DNA from: Chitinophagales bacterium
GTDB lineage: Bacteria; Bacteroidota; Bacteroidia; Chitinophagales; JADIYW01
Length of the DNA stretch: 64,000 nt
Assembly: GCA_023957215.1 (NCBI GenBank)
Contig: JAMLHH010000007.1
Span: 20,768-84,767, forward strand
Direction: 5' to 3'
Shown: positions 47,921-58,048 of the stretch, one piece after another
Position numbering within the stretch: the stretch's first letter is position 1
Layout: the number at the start of each line of letters is the position of its first letter
The notes under the pieces: model-generated
The model's database searches: none
Told to the model about the DNA's origin: nothing
The model's input: only the letters and a program-made list of their open reading frames with translations
Made by a program: the position numbers and the translations under genes

Positions 47921-48877
47921 TTATTTCTTTGAATAATAAATATTCATTGTACTTCCCATTCCGTTCCATATACCTAAACCTCCATTTATATTACTTCTGA
48001 TTTTTTGAATAGAACCGAAAGGACTTCCTTGATTTCGGAGTTCGTTTTCTAATGTTTTCCAAAACTCATAACTTGCTTTATCTATCATACTTAATTTGAT
48101 GTAGCAAGTGTCTCCTTTGTGCCAATAACCGAAAGTGTTTACATCGAACTCCTGATCTTCAGCATATCTGTCCCAGCCATAAGGAACTTGAATGTCAAAC
48201 TCTTTTCCATTTGCAAAAATATCATCTAAGACCGTTTCTATTCCTTTCGTGTAATAAGGCAAACTATTTTTTCTTGTAAAATATCTATAAAAATTTCCGA
48301 GCGTATCAGGATCTTTGATATGACCAATGATTTGAATCAAAGTATCATTTTTAGGATTGGGATGTGGATTTTCCCGCAAGCTCATAAAAGCTACAGGATT
48401 GGGAATAGAGGTTCTAGATGTAATCACTTTTCCACCTATTTCTATCCGCAAAAAGTAAGTTTTCCCTATTTCTCCTACAAAGGTGCTGTTGAGCGGAATG
48501 GTATAGACGGAGATATCCGGTAAATGCATATTAGAATCCAAGGGAATCCCAAAAAACTTTGAGAGTTCTACCCTTTGACTATCCGGTAATAACGAAATCA
48601 AATCAGATGAATATTCCATGAGCTCTACGCTATCTTTTCCATTACTGACAGTAATTTTCGCCCCTTTGACAAAATATTCGCCTAAATCATTGACATCAAA
48701 ATCTCCGAAATATGCAGAATTTTTAGTCAGATACACATAGGGTGGCAAGTCATTTTCTATATAACCCTCCACGACAATTGCATCTTCGGGAGTGGGTAGA
48801 TGAACCGTAATTTCTTTTTCACATGCTGTCATCATCAAGACAAACAAAAGAACTATATGTAAAAAATTGAATCTCAT
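47921..48877 (-). CDS. DUF4249-like lipoprotein (TBDR partner)
   Basis: 318 aa with lipoprotein signal ...LFVLMMTAC. It lies 3 nt downstream of a CarboxypepD_reg-type TBDR, the usual DUF4249 context. Confidence 0.55.
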   Translation of the reverse strand: MRFNFLHIVLLFVLMMTACEKEITVHLPTPEDAIVVEGYIENDLPPYVYLTKNSAYFGDFDVNDLGEYFVKGAKITVSNGKDSVELMEYSSDLISLLPDSQRVELSKFFGIPLDSNMHLPDISVYTIPLNSTFVGEIGKTYFLRIEIGGKVITSRTSIPNPVAFMSLRENPHPNPKNDTLIQIIGHIKDPDTLGNFYRYFTRKNSLPYYTKGIETVLDDIFANGKEFDIQVPYGWDRYAEDQEFDVNTFGYWHKGDTCYIKLSMIDKASYEFWKTLENELRNQGSPFGSIQKIRSNINGGLGIWNGMGSTMNIYYSKK

Positions 48878-48880
48878 TTT

Positions 48881-51241
48881 TTAAAATTTAAAGTTCCATG
48901 TAAAAGAAGGGATGATAGGAAACAAAGAAACGCTCACTGCTTTGGTCTTCAGATTGCCCAAAAGTAAATCTCCATCTTGTTTGTAGTAAATGAAATAAGT
49001 GTTTTTTCTGTTATATACGTTATAAATAGAAAAATTATATTCAGACTTGAATCTCTTTTCGGGCTTTTTATTGGGTTTGTATGTCAAAGAAAGATCCATT
49101 CTGTGATAAGCAGGTATTCTAAAAGCATTTCTTTCTCCATAACCTGTCACTAAAACGAAATCTACCAAATATTTTTCTATCGGTAGAGTTGTAGCATTTC
49201 CGGTAGCATATACCCATGTGCCTCCCAAGAACAATTTATCATTGATTTCATAATTGACATTGATAGAAATATCATGTCTTCTGTCGTATCGCGCCGGAAA
49301 CTTTTTACCGCTGTTTAAATCAGGAAATTTCCGCCAAGTGTATGAAAGAGTATAACCTATCCAACCATTGAATTTCCCTTTGGTCTTTTTTGCAAATAAT
49401 TCCATACCATAAGACCATCCTTTTCCAAAGACATAACTATGTTCTACCTCTTCGTTGGGAATCTCTATTCTGTCATCAGCATATTCTATCTGATTTTTCA
49501 TGTTTTTGTAATACAATTCGGCAGAAAATTCATAATTGTTTTCTTTGAAATTTCTAAAATATCCCACATTGTATTGAAAACCTTGTTGCGGATCTACCAA
49601 TGATGAACTCGGCACCCAAAGATCGGTCGGCAAAGTACTATTGGTACTGGAGACAAGGTGAATATACTGATAGTTCATGGCAAAACCTGCTTTGATAGAC
49701 TGTTCGCCATCTATGGCATATCTCAAAGCAATCCGTGGTTCCGGGCCCCACCAAGTTTTGACGGCTTGTCCTTTTTTGTATTGGATGGTATCTTGTCCAT
49801 AGACACCATTCGGCATAAAATTATAAGGGCCTACCTGCTGGAACATACTCAATCTAAAGCCGGTTGTAATTTTAAATCTTTCTGAAATATCCCAATCATC
49901 AGTGATATAGCCTGCTAATTCATGTGCATATTTCATACCCTCGGACAACCTAAATTGGGTGTCCCCGGTTTTTGCAGTTCCTACATTGGGTGTAAAAATA
50001 TGATAAGTATAATCTATCCCGTATTTGAGCTGGTGTTTGTTGGAAGCATAATGTTCCAAATTAAATTTTGCATTGTAATCTCTTACGCCTGATTTGATTT
50101 TAAATGCGAAATCTAATTGGTTGCCGTCAAACATAAATTTGTAGTCATTAAAAATAAATGACACATTCATAAAAAGTTTGCTGTTAAAAAGGTGATTCCA
50201 TCTCAAAGTTGTGGTGGTATTTCCCCAAGGCATTTTCAGACCTATTTCGTTTGCTTTGTTGCTATATTTGAAAACATCCTGCCCGAAATATCCACTTAAA
50301 AATAACCTGTCTTTATCTGAAAAGGTATAATTTGCTTTGATATTCAAATCATAAAAATTATAGTTTGTACCTCCAAAGTCAGTCCTTTTTAGCAAAGGCT
50401 GGGCGATGTCAAAAGCATAAGTACGTCTGCCGGCGAGTAAAAAAGAACCTTTCCCTTTTTTGATAGGTGCCTGCAAAGTCAGTCTGGAACTAATTAGCCC
50501 GATACCGCCCTCCATTTCAAACTTCTTGTTGTTTCCCTCTTTCATGGCTACATCTATCACAGATGAAATACGACCGCCATAATTTGCAGGCATACCACCT
50601 TTTACTAAAGTAACATCTTTGACTGCATCAGCATTAAAAACTGAAAAGAACCCAAACAAATGTCCTGGATTATAGACAACTGCATTATCTAAAAGTACCA
50701 AATTTTGATCAGGACCGCCACCTCTAACATAAATACCCGAATTGCCTTCACCGGCGGCTTGTACACCCGGTAGCAGTTGCAAAGCCTTGATGACATCCAC
50801 TTCACCCATCAGTGCCGGAATGGACTTGATGGATTCTATTCCTAACTCCACTTTTCCTAAATCGGTACTTTTTACATTCTCATCTTTCCTTTCACCCGTT
50901 ACAACTATTTCTTCCAATTGTCTTCCTTCGATCAGACTGATATTGATTCGTTGATCAGCATGTAGCTGAATAGTTTTTACCACGTTGCCATATCCAATAT
51001 ATGAAAACTGTATGTCATATTTTCCTTCATCTAATTTTAAGGAATAAAAACCGTAGGTATTAGTGACTGTACCTATTTTTTTACCATCTTTTTGCTGTAT
51101 AAAAACACTTGCGCCTATTAAAGATTCTCCATTGTAATCATCAGTGATATACCCGCTCACCGTGAATTGGTTTTGAGCCGAAACGCTTAAAATGATAACA
51201 AAACAAAAAATACAGCTAAATATGAGACGTAGCATTTGCAT
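48881..51241 (-). CDS. TonB-dependent receptor with CarboxypepD_reg domain
   Basis: 786 aa. ...FTVSGYITDDYNGESLIGASVFI...GFYSLKLDEGKYDIQFSYIGY... is followed by the plug (...ALMGEVDVIKALQLLPGVQAAGEGNSGIYVRGGGPDQN...) and a C-terminal ...SFTWNFKF. Confidence 0.9.
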   Translation of the reverse strand: MQMLRLIFSCIFCFVIILSVSAQNQFTVSGYITDDYNGESLIGASVFIQQKDGKKIGTVTNTYGFYSLKLDEGKYDIQFSYIGYGNVVKTIQLHADQRINISLIEGRQLEEIVVTGERKDENVKSTDLGKVELGIESIKSIPALMGEVDVIKALQLLPGVQAAGEGNSGIYVRGGGPDQNLVLLDNAVVYNPGHLFGFFSVFNADAVKDVTLVKGGMPANYGGRISSVIDVAMKEGNNKKFEMEGGIGLISSRLTLQAPIKKGKGSFLLAGRRTYAFDIAQPLLKRTDFGGTNYNFYDLNIKANYTFSDKDRLFLSGYFGQDVFKYSNKANEIGLKMPWGNTTTTLRWNHLFNSKLFMNVSFIFNDYKFMFDGNQLDFAFKIKSGVRDYNAKFNLEHYASNKHQLKYGIDYTYHIFTPNVGTAKTGDTQFRLSEGMKYAHELAGYITDDWDISERFKITTGFRLSMFQQVGPYNFMPNGVYGQDTIQYKKGQAVKTWWGPEPRIALRYAIDGEQSIKAGFAMNYQYIHLVSSTNSTLPTDLWVPSSSLVDPQQGFQYNVGYFRNFKENNYEFSAELYYKNMKNQIEYADDRIEIPNEEVEHSYVFGKGWSYGMELFAKKTKGKFNGWIGYTLSYTWRKFPDLNSGKKFPARYDRRHDISINVNYEINDKLFLGGTWVYATGNATTLPIEKYLVDFVLVTGYGERNAFRIPAYHRMDLSLTYKPNKKPEKRFKSEYNFSIYNVYNRKNTYFIYYKQDGDLLLGNLKTKAVSVSLFPIIPSFTWNFKF

Positions 51242-51368
51242 GAGCCGGTAAAAGTGTATAAAGATGGTGAAATTATATTAAGATATATTGTTATTAAATT
51301 TTGAAATCTTTTTTTCTTTCCAAAAGTCTATCAAATATTTGTATTTTCGATGCGCACATAGAAAATTT

Positions 51369-52610
51369 ATGAGATATAAAGAAGTGATAGCGCAACCTTT
51401 TACCCTACGAAATGGTGTGACGATTAAAAACAGATTGGTCAAATCAGCAATGAGCGAAGCACTCGGAAATGTTCATCGAGCTCCGACAGAGCTTTTACCG
51501 AATTTGTATAAAGTTTGGGCAAAAGGGGGTATCGGTCTGAATATCACGGGTAACGTGATGATAGACAGCCGTTATATCAGTGAACCCGGAAATGTCGTGA
51601 TTGAAAATGAAGACAATCTGGAAGCTTTGAAATCATGGGCAAATGCAGCATTGACCAATGGTGCCCATTGCTGGATACAACTCAATCATCCAGGCAAGCA
51701 ATCACCGCGTGGTCTCAATAAAGAAAATGTAGCACCCTCAGCCATTCCGTTTATGCCAAAAATGAAAGCATATTTTGCTACCCCGAGAGCATTGGAAGAA
51801 GATGAAATTTGGGATTTGATACATCGTTTTGGCAATGCTGCACGTATCGTAAAAAAAGCAGGTTTTTCAGGAGTGCAGATTCATGGTGCACACGGATATT
51901 TAGTGAGTCAATTTTTGTCTCCACACCACAATGTCAGAACTGATCAGTGGGGTGGAAATGCTGAAAACAGAAGAAGATTTGTAGTGGAAGTTTTTAAGTC
52001 TATGCGTGAAAATGTAGGCCCCAATTTTCCAATTGGGATTAAATTAAACTCAGCTGACTTCCAACGTGGAGGATTTACGGAAGAAGAATCTTTGGATGTG
52101 ATTAGAGCTTTAGATGAAGCAGGTATTGATATGATAGAAATATCCGGAGGTACTTATGAAGCTCCGGCAATGACAGGTGTCAGGCAAAAAGAAAGTACAC
52201 GGCAAAGAGAAGCCTACTTTATGGATTTTGCCGAAAAAGCCAGAAAGACTACGCAAGTTCCTTTGATGTTAACAGGTGGATTTAGAACTGTGGAAGGTAT
52301 GGCAAATGCCATTACATCAGGGGCGATTGACTTTGTAGGCTTGGGTCGCTCTTTGGTGTTAGAGCCCAATCTCCCAAATGAATTACTCAACGGAATCAAT
52401 CCTGCACACACCGTGAAACTTATTAAAACAGGTATTCCTATGGTGGACAAAATGGGTATCATGGAAGTGGCTTGGTATTCAGAGCAGATTAGGCGTATCA
52501 GCAAAGGCTATGAACCGGATGCCAATCGTCACCCGATTAAAACTTTGATAAATCTCGGTTTGAAAATATTTAGCGGTAATAAATTATTTACCCGTCTTAG
52601 AGCGAGTTAG
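51369..52610 (+). CDS. NADH:flavin oxidoreductase (Old Yellow Enzyme / 2,4-dienoyl-CoA-reductase-like)
   Basis: I start it at the ATG at 51369 (MRYKEVIAQPFTLRNGVTIKNRLVKSAMSE...). ...GVQIHGAHGYLVSQFLSP..NVRTDQWGG..ENRRRF... is the canonical OYE motif. The track start at 51288 looks like a non-coding extension. Confidence 0.85.
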   Translation: MRYKEVIAQPFTLRNGVTIKNRLVKSAMSEALGNVHRAPTELLPNLYKVWAKGGIGLNITGNVMIDSRYISEPGNVVIENEDNLEALKSWANAALTNGAHCWIQLNHPGKQSPRGLNKENVAPSAIPFMPKMKAYFATPRALEEDEIWDLIHRFGNAARIVKKAGFSGVQIHGAHGYLVSQFLSPHHNVRTDQWGGNAENRRRFVVEVFKSMRENVGPNFPIGIKLNSADFQRGGFTEEESLDVIRALDEAGIDMIEISGGTYEAPAMTGVRQKESTRQREAYFMDFAEKARKTTQVPLMLTGGFRTVEGMANAITSGAIDFVGLGRSLVLEPNLPNELLNGINPAHTVKLIKTGIPMVDKMGIMEVAWYSEQIRRISKGYEPDANRHPIKTLINLGLKIFSGNKLFTRLRAS

Positions 52611-52629
52611 GCAAAGTTTTTGCAAAGGA

Positions 52630-53244
52630 ATGCCTGATGTTTACACATATCAGACCATAAAAGATACGGCTGAATCTGTCGTCAAAGAAAAAGGGAGTAA
52701 GTTTTTAGGATTTGCTTTTCAGATAGAAAATGAGGATGACATTAAAACTTATCTCAATGAAATAAAAAACCTGCATCCCAAAGCAACTCATCACTGTTAT
52801 GCATGGAGATTGGGTTTGGATAAAAATAATTACCGTATCCATGATGACGGAGAACCATCTGGTACCGCAGGCAAACCCATTTTGGGACAGATAGATAGCC
52901 TTTCTCTCACTAACTGTTTGGTCATCAGTGTTCGGTATTTTGGAGGAACAAAATTAGGTGTACCCGGTTTGATAAGTGCGTACAAACTTTCCGCAAAAGA
53001 AACTTTAGAAAATGCTAAGATAATAAACCGAGAATTAACGGGACTCTGCAAGATAGAATGTGAATATGAAGACCGGCATTTGGCATATCAATTTATACAG
53101 AGTAAAAACGGTAAAATTAACAGGCAGGACTTACAACAAAGATGTATTTTTTACGTTGAGTTTCCGATGCTATCTTTGAAGAAGATGAAATCTTCTTCAA
53201 ATGATTTTTACCCGTTAGTTGTTAAATTTGAAAGTGAAAGATAA
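52630..53244 (+). CDS. YigZ/IMPACT-family protein
   Basis: 204 aa. ...VKEKGSKFLGFAF...HPKATHHCYAWRLG...DDGEPSGTAGKPIL...VVSVRYFGGTKLG... is typical UPF0029/YigZ. Confidence 0.85.
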   Translation: MPDVYTYQTIKDTAESVVKEKGSKFLGFAFQIENEDDIKTYLNEIKNLHPKATHHCYAWRLGLDKNNYRIHDDGEPSGTAGKPILGQIDSLSLTNCLVISVRYFGGTKLGVPGLISAYKLSAKETLENAKIINRELTGLCKIECEYEDRHLAYQFIQSKNGKINRQDLQQRCIFYVEFPMLSLKKMKSSSNDFYPLVVKFESER

Positions 53245-53581
53245 AAGAGTCATATTATTCCCTTGGATAATAAAGAAGTTAGTCAAATCATGGACTGCAA
53301 GTATCACTATATTTCCTTTTATTTTTATTAGAAATGAGCAACTTAGAGCTAATACTATTTTAATCAATCATGAAAAAATCCATATCAGACAACAAATAGA
53401 AATGTTGATTCTATTGTTTTATTTATGGTATGTAATAGAGTTTTTAATGAAATGGATCATATACAAATCTTCTTTCACAGCATATCAAAATATTTCTTTT
53501 GAAAAGGAAGCTTATCAAAATGAACGAAATTTTAATTATATTCATACAAAAAAGTTTTGGTCATTCTTAAAATATCTATAA
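53219..53581 (+). CDS. Small membrane protein with an HExxH motif (conserved hypothetical)
   Basis: 120 aa. It contains ...INHEKIHIRQQIEML... (HEKIH) followed by a TM helix. It has a TTG start overlapping the yigZ end, so the start is uncertain. Confidence 0.4.
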   Translation: MLNLKVKDKRVILFPWIIKKLVKSWTASITIFPFIFIRNEQLRANTILINHEKIHIRQQIEMLILLFYLWYVIEFLMKWIIYKSSFTAYQNISFEKEAYQNERNFNYIHTKKFWSFLKYL

Positions 53582-53587
53582 GATGCT

Positions 53588-55045
53588 TTGCTTTTCTCGT
53601 CGGATACGGCTTATTTTCAGTTTTATTTATTTATCTCAAACAAACTTCATCTGAAAAATAATAAAACTGTTTTCTCTCTTTTGGAGGTTACCAAAAGCAT
53701 ACAAACGACCATCAGCAAGCGTTATGGAAGTTCTTTTTGGGTGAAAGCGGAGATGAATAAACTCAATTTCTACAAGCATTCCGGTCATTGCTATCCTGAA
53801 TTGGTGGAAAAACAAAATGGAAAAGTTATCGCTCAAATAAAATCTATCCTTTGGAAAAATGATTATGATAGAGTCAACCAACAATTTTTGTCCCTTTTAA
53901 AAGAACCACTCAAAGATGGAATAAAAATACTTTTTGAAGCAAGGATTACTTTTGATCCGGTATTTGGACTTTCTTTGATTATCTCGGATATTGACCCAAG
54001 TTTTACTTTGGGAGATTTGGAAGCTGAGAAATTAGCCACTATTCAACAACTCAAAAAGGAAAACCTTTTTCATCAGAATAAAACAGTCCCTTTTCCGGTC
54101 TTACCTCAACGGCTTGCCATTATTTCTGTAGAAACGAGTAAAGGCTATGCTGATTTCATCAGAATTATTGATCAAAACGAGTGGGAATATCAGTTTTTTC
54201 ATCATCTTTTTCCTTCACTGTTACAAGGTGACAATGCAGTAAAAAGTATTATCGGTCAACTGAAAAGAATAGAAAAGGTCAAGCACCATTTTGATGTAGT
54301 AGCTATCATCCGCGGCGGTGGAGGAGACGTAGGACTTGCCTGTTATAATCATTATTTACTCTCCAGAGAAATTGCCACTTTCCCTTTGCCGGTGATTACA
54401 GGTATCGGTCATGCTACCAATGAGACGGTGAGCGATATGGTCGCACATTCTAATTTGATTACACCGACTAAAGTCGGTGAGTTTTTACTGCAAAAATTTC
54501 ACAACTTTTCTATACCGCTTGATAAAGCTCAAAATATGATAAGGGAATATTCGGATGGGCTATTTAAAAATGAAAACCAAAAATTCAATACGGAGATAAA
54601 GTTTTTCCGTTCCATGACAGAAAATGTTTTACTCTACAACAAAAATAAAGTCAAAAACCTAAGTGTCTCATTACTAAACAACACAAAATTTGCTTTACAA
54701 TCTCATGTTCAGAGAGTGAATAATCTCAGTCAATCTATTTCTGTCAACACAAAATTTGCTATACAATCACAACGACAAATAGTGATAAATAAGAAATCGG
54801 AGATTGAGAAAGGCTTGCATTATTTTATGAATAACCGGCAGGCAGAATTAAAATCTTTGGAAAAAGATATCTCTCATCTACATCCCAATAATGTCTTAAA
54901 ACGAGGTTATTCTATTACTTTTCTGAATGGTAAAGCTGTGAAAGACATATCTTTGTTAAAGGCAAATGACGAGTTAGAAACCAAGGTTTTGGAAGGAAGT
55001 ATAAAAAGTATTGTAAAATCAGTCAAAAAAGAAGATAATGAGTGA
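53588..55045 (+). CDS. xseA: Exodeoxyribonuclease VII large subunit
   Basis: 485 aa. ...FSLLEVTKSIQTTISKRYGSSFWVKAEMNKLN... is the OB fold, and ...IAIISVETSKGYADF...AIIRGGGG...ITGIGHATNETV... follows. It has a non-ATG (TTG) start and overlaps xseB by 8 nt. Confidence 0.88.
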   Translation: MLFSSDTAYFQFYLFISNKLHLKNNKTVFSLLEVTKSIQTTISKRYGSSFWVKAEMNKLNFYKHSGHCYPELVEKQNGKVIAQIKSILWKNDYDRVNQQFLSLLKEPLKDGIKILFEARITFDPVFGLSLIISDIDPSFTLGDLEAEKLATIQQLKKENLFHQNKTVPFPVLPQRLAIISVETSKGYADFIRIIDQNEWEYQFFHHLFPSLLQGDNAVKSIIGQLKRIEKVKHHFDVVAIIRGGGGDVGLACYNHYLLSREIATFPLPVITGIGHATNETVSDMVAHSNLITPTKVGEFLLQKFHNFSIPLDKAQNMIREYSDGLFKNENQKFNTEIKFFRSMTENVLLYNKNKVKNLSVSLLNNTKFALQSHVQRVNNLSQSISVNTKFAIQSQRQIVINKKSEIEKGLHYFMNNRQAELKSLEKDISHLHPNNVLKRGYSITFLNGKAVKDISLLKANDELETKVLEGSIKSIVKSVKKEDNE

Positions 55046-55268
55046 AGAAATGAATTATCAGGAAGCATTTAACGAGTTGCAAGATATTGTCTCTGAAATA
55101 GAACAAGGTGAAATTTCTGTTGACGAATTATATGATAAAGTAAAAAGAGCTACCACACTCATCAAAGTTTGCAAAACCAAATTGACTACTACTGAAGAAA
55201 ATGTCTCTCAAATCCTTAGAGAGTTGGACGAAATAGGACAAAACGGAATGGATAGAGTAGAAGAATAG
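55038..55268 (+). CDS. xseB: Exodeoxyribonuclease VII small subunit
   Basis: 76 aa. ...YQEAFNELQDIVSEIEQGEISVDELYDKVKRATTLIKVCKTKL... is canonical XseB. Confidence 0.9.
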   Translation: MSEEMNYQEAFNELQDIVSEIEQGEISVDELYDKVKRATTLIKVCKTKLTTTEENVSQILRELDEIGQNGMDRVEE

Positions 55269-55277
55269 TGGAAACTT

Positions 55278-56669
55278 CTACATATTCACTGCCACTCCAT
55301 ACGCCATAGCCACCGCTTCTTTCACCGCTTCCGAAATACTTGGATGTGGGTGTATGGTATTGATGATTTCATGGGCAGTTAATTCAGCATTTTTGGCTAA
55401 GGCTATTTCACCAATCATTTCTGTAACATTTACTCCTATCAAATGAGCTCCGAGTAACTCGTCATACTTTTTATCAAAGATGACTTTGACAAATCCTTCC
55501 GTGTGTCCAAGCGCCTGAGCTTTGCCCGAAGCAGAAAATGGATATTTCCCGACCAATATTTCATAACCTGCCTCTTTAGCTTCTTTTTCTGTCATTCCGA
55601 CGGATGCAATTTCGGGTGAAGTATAAGTACATTTGGGAATATTATTCTGTATAATAGGTGTAGGAGATAAGCCGGCTATTTTTTCTATACAGACAACTGC
55701 TTCTTCTGAGGCGACATGGGCAAGTGCTATTCCTGTCGTAATATCACCGATGGCATAATAGCCTTCTACATTGGTTCTATAAAATTCATCAGTTATGGTT
55801 TTTCCCCTTTCAGTTTTAATACCCGAATATTCTAAACCTATATTATCAATATTTGCTGAAATACCTATTGCTGAAAGTACCAATCCTGCCTGCATCTTCA
55901 CCTCGCCTGATGGAGTGGAAACAAAGAGTTCTACACTGCCACTTTGTATTTTACTTGTCACGACTCTACTCATTGTGTGAATAGTGACACCCATCTTCTC
56001 AAAAGATTTTTTGAGCTGTTTGGAAACATCTTCATCTTCTTGAGGGACGATATTTTTAGCCAATTCTATTAAAGTCACTTTTATACCTAAAGACTGAAAG
56101 AAATAAGTAAATTCACAACCAATTGCACCTGCACCGACAATGATAATATCCTTAGGTGCTTTCTCTAAATTTAACGCTTCTTTGTAGCTGATAATTTTTT
56201 CACCATCAATAGGCAGATTAGGTAAAGAGCGGGCTTTTGCTCCCGTGGCGATAATGATATGTTGGGCTTGATATTCCTCTATTTTACCTTCGTTGTCAGT
56301 GACTTCAATCCGTTTACCGGGTTTTATTTTGCCATAACCTGTGATAACGGTGATTTTGTACTTTTTCATCAAAAATTGTATGCCGTTATTCATTTTTTTT
56401 GTAATGTCACGACTCCTTGAAATAATCTTTTCAAAGTCAGCCTCAGCTTTTTTTATTTGGATGCCATAATCTTCTGCTGACCGTGCGTATTGTAATACCT
56501 CAGCACTTTTTAGCAAGGCTTTGGTCGGGATACATCCCCAATTGAGACAGACTCCTCCGAGTTCATCTTTTTCTACAATAGCTACATGAAAGCCAAGTTG
56601 AGAGGCTCTGATAGCTGCTACATATCCACCCGGTCCGCTACCTAAAACGATTATATCAAAAGAAGTCAT
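55278..56669 (-). CDS. lpdA: Dihydrolipoyl dehydrogenase
   Basis: 463 aa. ...FDIIVLGSGPGGYVAAIRASQLG...GGVCLNWGCIPTKALL... is the redox-active disulfide, and ...HPHPSISEA... is the C-terminal interface motif. Confidence 0.93.
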   Translation of the reverse strand: MTSFDIIVLGSGPGGYVAAIRASQLGFHVAIVEKDELGGVCLNWGCIPTKALLKSAEVLQYARSAEDYGIQIKKAEADFEKIISRSRDITKKMNNGIQFLMKKYKITVITGYGKIKPGKRIEVTDNEGKIEEYQAQHIIIATGAKARSLPNLPIDGEKIISYKEALNLEKAPKDIIIVGAGAIGCEFTYFFQSLGIKVTLIELAKNIVPQEDEDVSKQLKKSFEKMGVTIHTMSRVVTSKIQSGSVELFVSTPSGEVKMQAGLVLSAIGISANIDNIGLEYSGIKTERGKTITDEFYRTNVEGYYAIGDITTGIALAHVASEEAVVCIEKIAGLSPTPIIQNNIPKCTYTSPEIASVGMTEKEAKEAGYEILVGKYPFSASGKAQALGHTEGFVKVIFDKKYDELLGAHLIGVNVTEMIGEIALAKNAELTAHEIINTIHPHPSISEAVKEAVAMAYGVAVNM

Positions 56670-56719
56670 GTTCTAAAATAAGTATTTTTTTTGAATAGTG
56701 GTATGTATTTAAAAATGAT

Positions 56720-57967
56720 TTATAAATAATGTTTTTTCAGGAAAATATGTAACATTACTAGGGCTGTGTTTGCCGAAAGCTCAATATTCAAATCTCGATT
56801 ATTAGTAAACTGCAATCGCTTGATATATTGCTCCTGTCGATTTGCCACACCAATATATACACAACCTACCGGCTTTTCTTTACTTCCACCACTCGGACCG
56901 GCAATACCCGAAATAGCTAATGCAATATCTACGTATAGAGAAGTCAAAGCTCCACTAAGCATTTCTGACACCGTCTGTTCACTGACAGCGCCATATCGAT
57001 CTAAAGTTTCCTTTTTGACATTTAATGCTGATATCTTTATTTCATTTGAATAGGAGATAATACTTCCTTTGAAATAATCGGAAGCACCAGGTATTTTTGT
57101 AAACAAATGACTCAAATATCCTCCGGTACAACTTTCAGCAGCTCCGACTTGTAACTTTTTTTCTCTCAATATTTGTCCTATTACAGCTTCAAAAGAAGGT
57201 TCGGTCGTACTGTACACATATCGTTGTATCAGGCTGACGGCTTTTTGAGTGAGTTTATATGATGCTTTTTCCAATTCTCCTTTGTTATCGCCTTTGCCTG
57301 AAATTCTCAATCTCACTCTACCTACACTTGGTAAATATGCAAGTGAAAAGTTTTGGGGTAAATTTTTTTCAAAATCTTGTAAAGCTTCAGATAAAACAGT
57401 TTCTCCAACTCCTGCCGTATAGATATGTGACAAAACGATAGCTGACATTTTGTACTTTTTTTGTATCAAAGGCAAAACCGTTTCCTGCATCATGGCTTTC
57501 ATTTCGTAAGGAACACCCGGCATGGATACAATCATACGATCATGTTCAAAATAAATAGATCCCGGAGCAGTTCCTTTGGGATTTGGAATCGGAATAGCGT
57601 TTTTAGGTAAAAATGCCATCTTCTTACCGGCTTCTTTGGCGACAGATTTTCTGTTAAAATGTTTTTGCTGTATATCATCCCAAATTTCTTCGTGAAAAAT
57701 GAGAGGTTGATGAAAAAAAACGGCAAGTGACTCAATGGTCAGATCGTCATTCGTAGGACCTAAGCCTCCCGTGATAAAAACAAAATCGGCTTTTTGTACG
57801 GCAGAATGCAGGTTTTTGATGATGACCTCTTTCTTATCGGAAATTGTCCAACGAGACAATACATCAATACCGAGTTGGGTCAACTCATTGCTTATCCAAT
57901 GTGCATTGGTATCCAACGTATTTCCTATCAACAACTCGTCCCCAATAGATATGATAATTGCATGCAT
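56720..57967 (-). CDS. cinA: CinA-family protein (MoCF-binding domain plus nicotinamide-nucleotide amidase domain)
   Basis: I start it at the Met at 57967 (MHAIIISIGDELLIGNTLDTNAHWIS...). ...ITGGLGPTNDDLT... is present, and the C-terminal ...ESCTGGYL...GAVS...GIAGPSGG... is the PncC-like domain. Confidence 0.88.
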   Translation of the reverse strand: MHAIIISIGDELLIGNTLDTNAHWISNELTQLGIDVLSRWTISDKKEVIIKNLHSAVQKADFVFITGGLGPTNDDLTIESLAVFFHQPLIFHEEIWDDIQQKHFNRKSVAKEAGKKMAFLPKNAIPIPNPKGTAPGSIYFEHDRMIVSMPGVPYEMKAMMQETVLPLIQKKYKMSAIVLSHIYTAGVGETVLSEALQDFEKNLPQNFSLAYLPSVGRVRLRISGKGDNKGELEKASYKLTQKAVSLIQRYVYSTTEPSFEAVIGQILREKKLQVGAAESCTGGYLSHLFTKIPGASDYFKGSIISYSNEIKISALNVKKETLDRYGAVSEQTVSEMLSGALTSLYVDIALAISGIAGPSGGSKEKPVGCVYIGVANRQEQYIKRLQFTNNRDLNIELSANTALVMLHIFLKKHYL

Positions 57968-58048
57968 ACTTAAAAAAGTTAAACTAATGAGATAATGAAA
58001 GTCAGTGATGTATTGTTTTATATATTTGCAAAAAAACAAAATTAAATT

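Noticed and set aside
53588-53700. A non-ATG start and long N-terminal leader on xseA. Similar upstream extensions appear on the OYE gene (51288) and cinA (58039) on the ORF track.
   Set aside because: These are artefacts of longest-ORF calling. Internal starts (51369 and 57967) or a TTG start fit the family N-termini, and no biology is implied.
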